Notes: generated by a model not told the origin, from the letters alone. A stretch of 64,000 nucleotides of DNA from IMGVR_UViG_3300049215_000771:186001-250000, one strand, 5' to 3'. Shown: positions 28,777-38,051, counted from the stretch's first letter. Translations and numbers: made by a program.

Positions 28777-28932
28777 ATGAAATACATCGTGTGGGTACGG
28801 GAGAAGGGGCGTTGGGAGCCGAACGGCGACGGGCCTTTGACGCAGAAGCAGGCCGAGCGGATTGCCAAGGAAATCCGTCAGGAGTGCAACGTGCCGACGA
28901 AGGTGTTGCCGGTGGGACAAGAACCGAAATAG
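28777..28932 (+). CDS. small hypothetical protein
   Basis: GGAGG SD after motif A. Confidence 0.6.
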   Translation: MKYIVWVREKGRWEPNGDGPLTQKQAERIAKEIRQECNVPTKVLPVGQEPK

Positions 28933-28940
28933 GAGGGGAT

Positions 28941-29141
28941 ATGGACCCTGTTGCTTGCATCGAGGAAGCCGAGGCGCAGATCGAATCCAACAACCCGGAC
29001 GATGCTGCCTGGGCGCTTCAGGACTATCGGGAGTGGCGGCGCAAGGGTGGATTCACCGACGCCGGCCTGGACGAGCGTGCCCGGATTGTCAACAAGGAAA
29101 TCAAGCAGACCGGGCATCCTGGGGTGAACCTGGGATTTTGA
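28941..29141 (+). CDS. small hypothetical protein
   Basis: AGGAGG SD. Confidence 0.65.
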   Translation: MDPVACIEEAEAQIESNNPDDAAWALQDYREWRRKGGFTDAGLDERARIVNKEIKQTGHPGVNLGF

Positions 29142-29197
29142 TGAAAGTTTCCGAACCTTGCTGGCCCGGCAAGGTCTTCCATGCGGGAGGGGACGAC

Positions 29198-29332
29198 ATG
29201 AAGAAAACGAATCGTGTGCGTAAACATCGTAGGGACAAGAACAACGGCAAGAACGGTTGGGTGGGTGGAAATCCCCGCTACGACCGTCGCAAGGCGACCG
29301 AGGGAAAGAATCGGTCGATGGGCCGCAATTAG
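29198..29332 (+). CDS. small basic protein
   Basis: after motif B. Confidence 0.55.
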   Translation: MKKTNRVRKHRRDKNNGKNGWVGGNPRYDRRKATEGKNRSMGRN

Positions 29333-29344
29333 GGAGGGGCTGCA

Positions 29345-29590
29345 ATGCCTGTTTCGTTGAATCGTGTTCTGACCGTGGCGAAGGGCAACGGGGGCTTCCT
29401 GGACCGCCTGGGCATTGAGACGATTGCCAGGGAGGACCGGCTTCGCCTGTTGCTGGTTCGGTGTGGCAATGGTCGTTTCCTGGCCCCGGCGCAGGACGTG
29501 AACCATTTCATCGCCATCATCGAGCGAGACAACCAGGACTACATTCGGGACGTGTCGCTGCCGACTTCCGACCCGATCTGGAAAACCTGA
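29345..29590 (+). CDS. hypothetical protein
   Basis: GGAGG SD; stop abuts motif B. Confidence 0.65.
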   Translation: MPVSLNRVLTVAKGNGGFLDRLGIETIAREDRLRLLLVRCGNGRFLAPAQDVNHFIAIIERDNQDYIRDVSLPTSDPIWKT

Positions 29591-29657
29591 AAGTTTCCGA
29601 ACCTTGCTGGCCCGGCAAGGTCTTCCATGCGAGTCGAGACAACCTGGATAGGGAGAA

Positions 29658-30179
29658 ATGAACATGGTCACTTTCAGCAAGGGCGACAACATCATCGACA
29701 GCCGGGACGTGATTTCCCGCATCGAGGAGTTGGAGTCCGAGCGTGAAGCCTTGTCCGATGCCGTGGACAGCGCTCGTGAGGCGTTGGAGGAACACCAAAG
29801 CAACGAGCCGGACGAGGACGCCGACGAAGAAGTACACGAAGCGTACCAGGAGAAGCTGTCGGAGTTGAAGGAAGCGCTGGTCGAGGCGGCTTCCGACCTG
29901 GACGATTGGGACGAGGACGACGACCAGGGCGGCGAGTTGAAGGAGCTTCGGGCCTTCAGCGAGGAGGGCGAGAGCGCCACGTCGGACTGGCCGCACGGCG
30001 CAATGTGCATCCTGGAAAGCTACTTCGAGGACTACTGCCAGGAGTTGCTGGCCGACATCGGCGACTTGCCGAAGGACTTGCCGCATTACATCGTGATCGA
30101 CTGGACGGCCACGGCGAAGAACCTGGAGGCCGACTATTCGAGCATCACCTGGGGCGGCGAGACGTATCTGGTCCGCTGA
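29658..30179 (+). CDS. acidic ArdA-like antirestriction (DNA mimic) protein
   Basis: very acidic; C-terminus FEDY..ELL.D.G.LP..L..YI.ID....A..L..DY resembles ArdA. Confidence 0.6.
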   Translation: MNMVTFSKGDNIIDSRDVISRIEELESEREALSDAVDSAREALEEHQSNEPDEDADEEVHEAYQEKLSELKEALVEAASDLDDWDEDDDQGGELKELRAFSEEGESATSDWPHGAMCILESYFEDYCQELLADIGDLPKDLPHYIVIDWTATAKNLEADYSSITWGGETYLVR

Positions 30180-30252
30180 TCCCGAACCTTAGACCATTCG
30201 CCCCGGTCTAAGGTATGCGTCGAGTATCCATTACCCTGGTAGGGAGAGAGTC

Positions 30253-30429
30253 ATGCAAGCAACGGTCGAGGGCAACGAGTTGGTGGTTCGCATTCCGCTT
30301 CAGAAGCCGGCTCCGAGTTCGACGGGCCGCACCCTGATCGTGGCGAACAGTGGCGGGCCGAAGGCGACCGAGGCCGAGGTCAACGGCAAGAAGATCACGG
30401 TCAACCTGAGCGCCTGGATCAAGCCCTAA
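30253..30429 (+). CDS. small beta-rich hypothetical protein
   Basis: GGGAG SD; followed by terminator. Confidence 0.65.
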   Translation: MQATVEGNELVVRIPLQKPAPSSTGRTLIVANSGGPKATEAEVNGKKITVNLSAWIKP

Positions 30430-30555
30430 CGTGTGGGCAACCGGCCTGGGGGATGCAGCCGCCCCCAGGCCGTTTCTTTGCGATAGGGAGCAGGTACAAA
30501 CCTTCAAGTTGTAGCTTTATAGGTTTGTACCCTACCGGCCAGGAGGTAACGGACC

Positions 30556-30714
30556 ATGAAAACTGTCACGATGCCGAAGAAGCCGGACATGACGATTCGC
30601 CTGGAGCCGATCAAGATGCGGCTTCCCTTCGTGGGTCGGGGGCGCAAGACCCGGCACGAGCCTCGCAGGAGTCGGCGGGGCGACAAGCAACGGATGGCGA
30701 AGGAAAGTTTCTGA
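30556..30714 (+). CDS. small basic protein
   Basis: AGGAGG SD after motif A; stop abuts motif B. Confidence 0.6.
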   Translation: MKTVTMPKKPDMTIRLEPIKMRLPFVGRGRKTRHEPRRSRRGDKQRMAKESF

Positions 30715-30789
30715 AAAGTTTCCGAACCTTGCTGGCCCGGCGAGGTCTTCCATGCGAGAGACGAGACAACCCCCAACGGGAGATATGGA

Positions 30790-32400
30790 ATGGCTGCTTT
30801 CCTGAAGATTCAGAATCCTGGCGTTGCTGATCCCCTGGCCTTCACCCTCCTGGGTGCTTCCACGAGCCGGTCCAGCGACAACAGCGCCACCATCGGCAAG
30901 TTCGGGTCGGGCAACAAGCACGGTGTCGCCGTGTGTCTCCGTGAGGAGTTGCCGCCCGTTGTGTTCGCCGGCACGCTCCGCATGACGTTCGGCACGACCG
31001 ACGTGAAGATGGACGCCGGCACGCACAGCAAGACGTTCGCTCGTGTGCAGGTGAAGTACGGCGGCAAGGACAAGGCCGGCGTCAACCGTTCGTCCACGGA
31101 AGACCTGGGCTATGTCCTGGAGTACGGGGCTTCCGACTGGCTGGGCATCGACCTGGCGCTTCGGGAGTTCGTGTCCAACGCCATCGACCGGGCGATTGTG
31201 GAAGGCGAGATCGCTTTCATCGCCAAGTTCGCTTTCGAGTACAACGAGCGCAACCCCGGCTTCCACGCCCTCCTGGACCAGAAGGACGCCGAGGCGGTTT
31301 CCATCTGCCACAAGGCGCTGGAAACCTACCGGCTGACGGCGCAGGACTTCAAGAACGTCCGGGTCGAGGTCGTGGAGGAGAACCAGGTCCGGGCGAAGGA
31401 CGGCTACACCACGGTTTTCGTGCCGCTGAATGCCGACGTTCTGGCGTTCTACCAGTCGCTTGGCAAGTGGTTCCTGCACTTCTCGGAGCCGGAACTGCTG
31501 AACAAGACGATTCTGCCGAAGAAGAATCGCAACCTGGGCAACCGGGTCGCAGCGGTGATCTACCGTCGTGGTGTTCGTGTTCGGGAGTTCGAGAGCAGCG
31601 ACGTTCCTTCGCTGTTCGATTACAACCTGCCGAACATCGAACTGGATGAGGCACGCAAGGCCGACGACTGGCGGATTCGGACGGCGGCGGGCAAGGCCGT
31701 CCGTGATGCCGACCAGGACACGCTTCGGGTGCTGTTCCAGTCGTTCCGCAGCAGCCAGCGCTATTGGGAACACGACTTCGACACCTACGGCCTGGAAGTG
31801 TCGTCGTGGGAGACGGACAAGCCGGAAGCGGCTGCCGCCCGTCAGACCAACTGGCAGAAGGCGTTCGAGCAGGTTTTCGACGCCAACGCTGTGATCGCCA
31901 CGGCGACGGGCGGCGAGTTTGCCGAGCGGAAGGGTTACAACGTCATCACGGCCCCGGAGCCGTTCGTCAAGGCGGCTGGCAAGCATGGCGTTCGCACCCC
32001 GGAGAAGGTGTTGACGCAGGACGACCGGGAAGGGCGAGAGATCATCGACGCCACGCCGGACGCTCTTGCCGCCCTGGACTTCGTGTGGGACGTGGTTCAG
32101 CGCTCTGGCATGACCAACGGCAAGGAGCGCCCGGCCTGCAAGGTGTTCCGCAAGATCATGTCGGGAGGGTCGCAGACGTTGGGGTTCTACCGTGACGCCA
32201 CGGTGTACATCAACGAGGACATCGCCGGCTATGGTTCGCTGACGGGCGGCTGGCAGGTGTTGACGCAGCAGCTTCTCGTGACGGCGCTGGAGGAAGTGGC
32301 CCATCACGTTACGGGGGCGACCGACAACAGCCGGGACTTCCAGGACTACGTTCTGAACCTGGCGATCAAGCTGGCGAAGGTCCAGGCCGGCTTGATCTGA
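30790..32400 (+). CDS. GHKL-type ATPase with permuted motif order and degenerate zincin-like tail
   Basis: LLGAS...IGKFGSG.K precedes DW...LREFVSNAID; C-terminal EEVAHH. Confidence 0.7.
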   Translation: MAAFLKIQNPGVADPLAFTLLGASTSRSSDNSATIGKFGSGNKHGVAVCLREELPPVVFAGTLRMTFGTTDVKMDAGTHSKTFARVQVKYGGKDKAGVNRSSTEDLGYVLEYGASDWLGIDLALREFVSNAIDRAIVEGEIAFIAKFAFEYNERNPGFHALLDQKDAEAVSICHKALETYRLTAQDFKNVRVEVVEENQVRAKDGYTTVFVPLNADVLAFYQSLGKWFLHFSEPELLNKTILPKKNRNLGNRVAAVIYRRGVRVREFESSDVPSLFDYNLPNIELDEARKADDWRIRTAAGKAVRDADQDTLRVLFQSFRSSQRYWEHDFDTYGLEVSSWETDKPEAAAARQTNWQKAFEQVFDANAVIATATGGEFAERKGYNVITAPEPFVKAAGKHGVRTPEKVLTQDDREGREIIDATPDALAALDFVWDVVQRSGMTNGKERPACKVFRKIMSGGSQTLGFYRDATVYINEDIAGYGSLTGGWQVLTQQLLVTALEEVAHHVTGATDNSRDFQDYVLNLAIKLAKVQAGLI

Positions 32401-32529
32401 TCTTTCTCCCTGGGTTGGCCCGGTGGGGGAGCAATCCCCTGCCGGGCTTTTTTGTCAGCACAGGCCAGGTACAATCCTACAAGTGGATGTTTTAGAGATT
32501 TGTACCCTACCAGTCGGGAGGAAAAAACC

Positions 32530-32622
32530 ATGATTGCAGTCAAGTTGTTCATTGGGTTCTACGGCATGGCCATCGTGTCGGCCATCATCGCCTGGTTGAC
32601 CAATGGTGAACGAAAACAGTAA
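32530..32622 (+). CDS. small membrane peptide (30 aa)
   Basis: GGAGG SD, single TM, between motif A and motif B. Confidence 0.55.
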   Translation: MIAVKLFIGFYGMAIVSAIIAWLTNGERKQ

Positions 32623-32824
32623 AAGTTTCCGAACCTTGCTGGCCCGGCGAGGTCTTCTATGCGAAGGACACAACGCCGAACGAAAAGGGGGTTAGATGCA
32701 GCTTCTCACTTGTTTAGCTGAGGCTTGTAAGGAACCATGAGCCTCGAACAAGGTTCCCCCTACGCCGCCTGCGACGGCGTAGGATTGGCCTGCGATTTCA
32801 ACAACCCATACGGAGGAAAGTTTC

Positions 32825-33379
32825 ATGGTGATGCACGGTTCCGATCACGCCCTTCGCAGTCAGTTCAAGGTGGGCGACAAGGTTTATTTCGGTCGCAAAC
32901 GGGGCGAGAAAACGCTCGGCGAGATCGTCCGCTTCGGCCCGAAGAACGCCAAGGTCAAGCAGTTGGAGGATCGGGGTTCGATTCGGGATTATCCCATCGG
33001 CACGACCTGGACGGTCCCGCTCAAGCTGCTGACGCTGGCCACGGTGCAGTTTCCCGCCGACAAGCTGCCCAGCAGCGCTCCGCCCCCGCCCGTGAAGCGG
33101 GAGCCGTTGAAGTACAACCCGTTCGCCGGCATCGACAACCTGCTCCTGGAAGCCCTGGCGTCGGCCTACAGCGGCCTCAGCCCGGAGAACCTGACCTGTG
33201 ACGGCGAGGCCAGCGCCGCCCATGTCCAGGCCACCCGGACGCACCTGAATCGTGTCATTCGTGGCTGCAAGCTGGCCCTGAACCGTGATGATCTCGACGA
33301 AGGCGAGGTCTTCACCTGGCTGATGACCAAGCGGGACTATGAGCGCCAGCGGGCCGAGCGAAAATCGGCCACGGCCTAA
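32825..33379 (+). CDS. hypothetical protein (SH3/KOW-like N-terminus)
   Basis: FKVGDKV.F..G......K..KV. Confidence 0.65.
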   Translation: MVMHGSDHALRSQFKVGDKVYFGRKRGEKTLGEIVRFGPKNAKVKQLEDRGSIRDYPIGTTWTVPLKLLTLATVQFPADKLPSSAPPPPVKREPLKYNPFAGIDNLLLEALASAYSGLSPENLTCDGEASAAHVQATRTHLNRVIRGCKLALNRDDLDEGEVFTWLMTKRDYERQRAERKSATA

Positions 33380-33448
33380 GAAATTTCCGAACCTCCGCTC
33401 GCCCCGGAGGTCTTCCTTGCGGGCAACGACAACCATAGGGAGAAGGAC

Positions 33449-33895
33449 ATGAAGCATATCGACGACCTGATGAAGTCGCAACAGGGCGAGCGCAACCCAG
33501 GGCAGCACATCGGCAAGTTCCTGTTGGAACATTCCAACTCGCCGGAATACCTGGTGAGCCAACTGTCGGCCTACCTGGAAGCGGCCCAGGCCGACCTGGA
33601 AGCCGAGCGAGCGATGTTTCGGCGTCTCACGAAGCGGCCCGACCCGCCGAAGCCCACCAAGTTCGCCGTCGTGCAGGTGAAGGGCGGGGCGTCCAACGCC
33701 CTGGGGACGAGCGGGCCGGTCCAGGTCTGCCAGTACAAGCAGGACGCACAAGACCTGGCGGTGAAGATCGCCCTTGAGGGGTTGACCGAGCCTGGTGATC
33801 CGGGCGAGGCCGAGGTTCGCAAGGAAATCTTGGAAACGGGAGGCTACATCGACAACAGCGGCGAGTGGGCCGTGTGCATCGAGAGCATCGAGTAA
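33449..33895 (+). CDS. hypothetical protein
   Basis: after motif B. Confidence 0.7.
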   Translation: MKHIDDLMKSQQGERNPGQHIGKFLLEHSNSPEYLVSQLSAYLEAAQADLEAERAMFRRLTKRPDPPKPTKFAVVQVKGGASNALGTSGPVQVCQYKQDAQDLAVKIALEGLTEPGDPGEAEVRKEILETGGYIDNSGEWAVCIESIE

Positions 33896-34094
33896 CAACA
33901 ACGAAGGGAGAGGTACTGTGGGCATTCAGCAGTACAACTAACGAGGCGTTGAACCTACGCCTACAACCCAACCGGCCAGGCATCCCCTGGCCGGTTCTGC
34001 TTGCGACACCATCTTGGTACAAACCTTCAAGTTGATGTTTTAGAGGTTTGTACCCTACGAGTCGGAAGGCAAGAAACCTCATAGGGAGAACGAC

Positions 34095-34379
34095 ATGGCT
34101 GCTGCACTGTCCACCGCCGAGAACCTGAACACCGTGGCCCGCTCCTGCCTGTTGGTGGCGGCTGCCCTGACCGACCCGAAGGACGAGACGCCGTACACCT
34201 TCAGGAAGGTCACGATCAAGGGCGAGGGCCACTTCCGCTTCACCCAGCGCATCCTGGTGAACGGCGAACTGGTCGAAGTGACCGTTCGCACCCTGAAGGA
34301 TGAGAGCCGGGGCGAGGGGCTGGCATCCCCGGAGAATGTCGAGCGCTTTCTCGACAACGTGATGCCGTCGATTTCCTGA
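34095..34379 (+). CDS. hypothetical protein
   Basis: after motif A; stop abuts motif B. Confidence 0.7.
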   Translation: MAAALSTAENLNTVARSCLLVAAALTDPKDETPYTFRKVTIKGEGHFRFTQRILVNGELVEVTVRTLKDESRGEGLASPENVERFLDNVMPSIS

Positions 34380-34444
34380 AAGTTTCCGAACCTCCGCTCG
34401 CCCCGGAGGTCTTCCTTGCGAGACAACCATAGGGAGGGCGAAAG

Positions 34445-34645
34445 ATGGAAGTTGATTTCACGGTCGAGAACCACGGCTCGATCTGGATGTTCACGCCCCT
34501 GACCGAGCGGGCCAGGAACTTCACCGCCACGGACCTGAACGTGGAAGGTTGGCAGTGGATGGGCAATTCCTTCGGGGTCGATCACTCGGTCGCCCCGCAA
34601 CTGGTGTCGGCGCTGATCGACGAAGGCTTCGAGGTCCAGGAGTAA
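34445..34645 (+). CDS. hypothetical protein
   Basis: after motif B. Confidence 0.7.
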   Translation: MEVDFTVENHGSIWMFTPLTERARNFTATDLNVEGWQWMGNSFGVDHSVAPQLVSALIDEGFEVQE

Positions 34646-34680
34646 CCATGCTATTCTTCCTGTTGGTGGGCCTGTTCACG

Positions 34681-34960
34681 GCCCGCCTACAGGAGCCGGT
34701 TCTGCTGAGAGCAACCGTTGTTCTGCCAGGGGCGAATCCCCAAGCAAACAACCCTCCAGCCGTAGCTCGCTGCTACACGAGCGGCTTCCTGTAGGTCGGG
34801 CGGCGTGAGGCCGCTAAGGTTATCGGGCCGGACCTGGCGAAGTCGGCCCTATGGCGAATGGCATTCAACCTGGGGTATCCCCCGCATGTGGACCAGCGGT
34901 TTTCTCTAGCAGTAGCCACACCTACTTACATTGAGGGGCGGGGAACGCCAACCCGTCCGC
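34681..34960 (+). ncRNA. candidate structured RNA
   Basis: 18-bp long-range stem 34681-34698 with 34782-34801, plus further hairpins. Confidence 0.4.
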
Positions 34961-34991
34961 TGCGTTGCCGAGCTATATCTTCATAGGGAGA

Positions 34992-35258
34992 ATGACCATG
35001 CCAAGCGTGAAGGGGACGGGCAAGCCGAACATTCGCCAGGCCATCGAGTTGACCCGCCAGGCCGACAACTTGCTGGAAGACATTCGCAACCACTTCGATA
35101 TGGAGTGGGGCGACGGCCAGAACACCGACCTGGACCTGGCCCTGTCGAGCGCTATCCGCAACCTGGCGGAAGCCCGCAGCGAACTCGACAAGGTTCTGGA
35201 CAAGTTCCAGGGCCGGGCGCTGAAGCCCAACTACCCCCGCAAGCGGCGGGCTTCCTGA
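34992..35258 (+). CDS. hypothetical helical protein
   Basis: GGGAG SD; stop abuts motif B. Confidence 0.7.
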   Translation: MTMPSVKGTGKPNIRQAIELTRQADNLLEDIRNHFDMEWGDGQNTDLDLALSSAIRNLAEARSELDKVLDKFQGRALKPNYPRKRRAS

Positions 35259-35328
35259 AAGTTTCCGAACCTCGCTGGCCCGGCGAGGTCTTCCTTGCGA
35301 GCAACGACAACCATAGGGAGGACTGAAC

Positions 35329-35583
35329 ATGGCCCAGGCCGATCTCGTGCCCGATCAGAACGTGAACTTTCCCGCCGACCGCAAGCTGGACCATCACGAC
35401 GGCAAGCGGTACAGCAAAGCCTGTGGGTTCAGTGCTAACCCGGCGACTTCCGAGCAGGACAACAAGCCCATCATCCAACTGTGGCAGATCAACAGCAAGG
35501 GCAACCTGTCCCGCTGCTACCTGTCCATTCCCATCGAGAGCGTGGACGACGTGATCGCCCTGCTGCAACGGACAAAATCTTGA
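35329..35583 (+). CDS. hypothetical protein
   Basis: flanked by motif B copies. Confidence 0.7.
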   Translation: MAQADLVPDQNVNFPADRKLDHHDGKRYSKACGFSANPATSEQDNKPIIQLWQINSKGNLSRCYLSIPIESVDDVIALLQRTKS

Positions 35584-35651
35584 AAGTTTCCGAACCTCCG
35601 CTCGCCCCGGAGGTCTTCCTTGCGGGTAACGACAACCATAGGGAGAACGAG

Positions 35652-35870
35652 ATGAGCAAGTATCTGACGGTCGTTCCGGCCTACGGGCGTGACTACAAGA
35701 GCCAGAAGGAAGTCAAGGAGGCGTGGGCGGCGGGCCATGACTTTCTGATCGCCGACGCCTCCAGCCCCGACAACGGGCGTTACGTCAACAAGGACGACGC
35801 CGTGAAGGGCATCACCTTCAACATCCGGTACAAGGGCAACACTGAGGTCTGTGTCATCAAGGCCAAGTGA
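35652..35870 (+). CDS. hypothetical protein
   Basis: after motif B; TVVPAYGRDYKS. Confidence 0.7.
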   Translation: MSKYLTVVPAYGRDYKSQKEVKEAWAAGHDFLIADASSPDNGRYVNKDDAVKGITFNIRYKGNTEVCVIKAK

Positions 35871-35970
35871 GTGCTGGACTGCTAGTGGTGCTAGTCCCTA
35901 ACTCGCAAACCACCAAGGGGGTGCAAAGCCCCCGCTGCGAAACCATCAACCCCATACGGAGAATCGACTC

Positions 35971-36363
35971 ATGGCGAAAACGATCAAGCGAAAGCCGGCC
36001 AAGAAGGTGAAGGGGCCGGATTGGGCGGCGCTCAAGGCGACGGTGCTGGCGACTCCCATCGACGTGCTGAAGAAGGCGATCCAGGTGGACGGCTGGACGA
36101 TCTACGAGCCGAGCAAGTTCACGGACGCCGGCCTGGATGCTTCGGTCGTGGCGGCGTTCTCCCGCAACATCAAAAGCGACACCCGTGACCCCAAGTCCAC
36201 GATCTTCGGGAGCCAGGGCCAGGTCATCAAGGAGTTGCAGGGCGTGTACGGCCTCGAACTGCTGGAGTTCATCGCCCGCTGCTTCGACGTGCATTCCGAC
36301 AAGTCCGGGCGTGGCTTCCGCCAGGGCCACTTGACCGAGCAGCTTTACGCCATCTGGAAGTAA
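35971..36363 (+). CDS. hypothetical protein
   Basis: stop abuts motif B. Confidence 0.7.
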   Translation: MAKTIKRKPAKKVKGPDWAALKATVLATPIDVLKKAIQVDGWTIYEPSKFTDAGLDASVVAAFSRNIKSDTRDPKSTIFGSQGQVIKELQGVYGLELLEFIARCFDVHSDKSGRGFRQGHLTEQLYAIWK

Positions 36364-36440
36364 TTTCCGAACCTCCGCTCGCCCCGGAGGTCTTCCTTGC
36401 GAGTGACGAAACCATCAACTTGATAGGGAGGGATTGAACC

Positions 36441-36647
36441 ATGTGGAGTCCTGAATCGCTTTCCACGCTGAACGCCTTGGCCTCGAAGGTCGGCAGCCGT
36501 GAGGCACACCGGCTGTTTACCAGCCGCCTCCGGTCGGATACCGACAAGGCCAACGCCATCCTCGCCGGCCAGTCGAAGGTCTGTGACTCGTGTGGCGACG
36601 GCTGCCCGGTCGCCAGTCTCGCCGAGGCCGATTCCGAGGCAGCGTGA
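36441..36647 (+). CDS. hypothetical protein
   Basis: flanked by motif B copies. Confidence 0.65.
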   Translation: MWSPESLSTLNALASKVGSREAHRLFTSRLRSDTDKANAILAGQSKVCDSCGDGCPVASLAEADSEAA

Positions 36648-36720
36648 GAAATTTCCGAACCTCCGCTCGCCCCGGAGGTCTTCCTTGCGAGTGATGACAA
36701 CCATAGGGAGGATTGAAATC

Positions 36721-37068
36721 GTGACGAGCCAAACCTTCAAGCTGCCTTCGTTCCGTTCCTACGGCAACTACAGCAGCGAGAACTACGGGGCGCATTGCCT
36801 CGTGATCGACTTCGGGCCGGTGACGGTCTGGTTCAGCTACAAAACGCCCATCGCCTTTCACGTCGAGGGGCATAGCCGGGTCGTGCTGAAGAACTACTGG
36901 TCCACCACGACCGGCAAGCACCTGAACGCCATCGACGGCGGCAACAAGAAGGGCCGGGTCGATCAGGAGACGTTCGACCGGCTGTGGGCCGAGCAGGTGG
37001 AGGCAGTGTTCAACCCGCAGCCCAAGTCCGACCCGGACAGCCCCTTCAACGTGGGGGCGCTGAACTAA
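36721..37068 (+). CDS. conserved phage hypothetical protein
   Basis: FSY.TPIA ... WS.TTGKHLN. Confidence 0.7.
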   Translation: MTSQTFKLPSFRSYGNYSSENYGAHCLVIDFGPVTVWFSYKTPIAFHVEGHSRVVLKNYWSTTTGKHLNAIDGGNKKGRVDQETFDRLWAEQVEAVFNPQPKSDPDSPFNVGALN

Positions 37069-37135
37069 CGAGTACGGCATGGAGCCGGGCAACTTCGCCC
37101 GGCTCTTTTTTGTGAAGCATCATAGGAGAGAAACC

Positions 37136-37453
37136 GTGTTCCCGACCCCGACCGACCGCCGAGGCGTGCATGGCGCTGCCCGGCCTGCCTTCACCGTCCA
37201 TCGCTTCAAGCGGACCATTTGCCTTCTGCTGAATGAGGAGATGGCCGAGGAGATCAACACCTTGCTGGTGGCGAACGAGCAACGGCTGGAGAACGCCCCC
37301 GGCCTGAAGCGTGTGCCTCCGTTCCTGTACGAGTTCACCACGCAGCTTCAGGAGGCGCTCGACCAGCCGCCCCCGGCCAAGGGTGAGAAGCCCGAAACGC
37401 TCGCTCCGGGCCGTCCCCGGCCTCGCCAAAACCCCGCTGTGAAGGCTGTCTGA
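37136..37453 (+). CDS. hypothetical protein
   Basis: AGGAG SD, GTG start. Confidence 0.6.
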   Translation: MFPTPTDRRGVHGAARPAFTVHRFKRTICLLLNEEMAEEINTLLVANEQRLENAPGLKRVPPFLYEFTTQLQEALDQPPPAKGEKPETLAPGRPRPRQNPAVKAV

Positions 37454-37510
37454 AGTTCGGTGTGCCATGCCCAGGCACACCCTTGCGACATCCAACATAG
37501 GGGGCTTACC

Positions 37511-37705
37511 ATGACGATGAAGTACATACTCCTGAAGGTCGAGATCGAACACGAGCCGGACGCCGAACCTGATGACATTGCCGCCGAGGTCGAGGTTCAC
37601 TATGATGACACGGATGGAAGCATCACCAAGTCCGAGGTCGTTGCTGTGGGGAATTCCCCTGGCCTGCTTCGCTACATCAGCGACAAGCCGAAGCCGAAAA
37701 GTTAG
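37511..37705 (+). CDS. small acidic protein
   Basis: ORF with SD. Confidence 0.6.
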   Translation: MTMKYILLKVEIEHEPDAEPDDIAAEVEVHYDDTDGSITKSEVVAVGNSPGLLRYISDKPKPKS

Positions 37706-37878
37706 AGGATTGTACCTGCACTGTCGGCTAAAGGTTGAGTGGCCCAGCCCGGCGCAAGCTGAAGCTGGGCCTCCCATATTCTCCCAAGCAGGCCAGGTCA
37801 GCCCTGGCCTGCTTCTCCCTGCGCCCAGCCTGTACAAATCTCAAAATATCACCATTAGACCATTGTACCCTAGCGGTT

Positions 37879-38051
37879 GCCTCCGCAACGCTCTAAGCCG
37901 AGAGGCGGGTAAACCTTGAAACCTGGATGCCAGTCCTGGCGGTAGGGGTGAGCGTGATTAGGCCAATTACACCCGACTGGCTTCAATGCCTGCATCGGTC
38001 CTGGCAGACTGGTGTGCCGTGGTGGTGTGGGTTCGAGTCCCACCGGAGGCT
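37879..38051 (+). ncRNA. tRNA-like RNA (acceptor stem and T arm with ~140-nt insert)
   Basis: GCCTCCG (37879-85) pairs with CGGAGGC (38044-50); T arm GTGGG-TTCGAGT-CCCAC; 5' end 7-8 nt after TACCCT of motif A. Confidence 0.7.

Noticed and set aside
30532-32307. 591-aa minus-strand ORF (also 21418-23076, 27526-28692, 13016-14011)
   Set aside because: These are antisense shadows of GC-rich + strand genes with recognisable motifs; they have no SD or motif support of their own.
37455-37490. GGTGTGCC/GGCACACC hairpin as another motif B copy
   Set aside because: It shares the CCTTGCGA tail and a 7-nt loop but lacks GAACCT/GTCT at the conserved spacing.
37879-38051. Ordinary tRNA gene
   Set aside because: The only 5' partner of the acceptor strand is ~165 nt upstream, and no 5-bp/7-nt anticodon arm or normal D arm can be formed.
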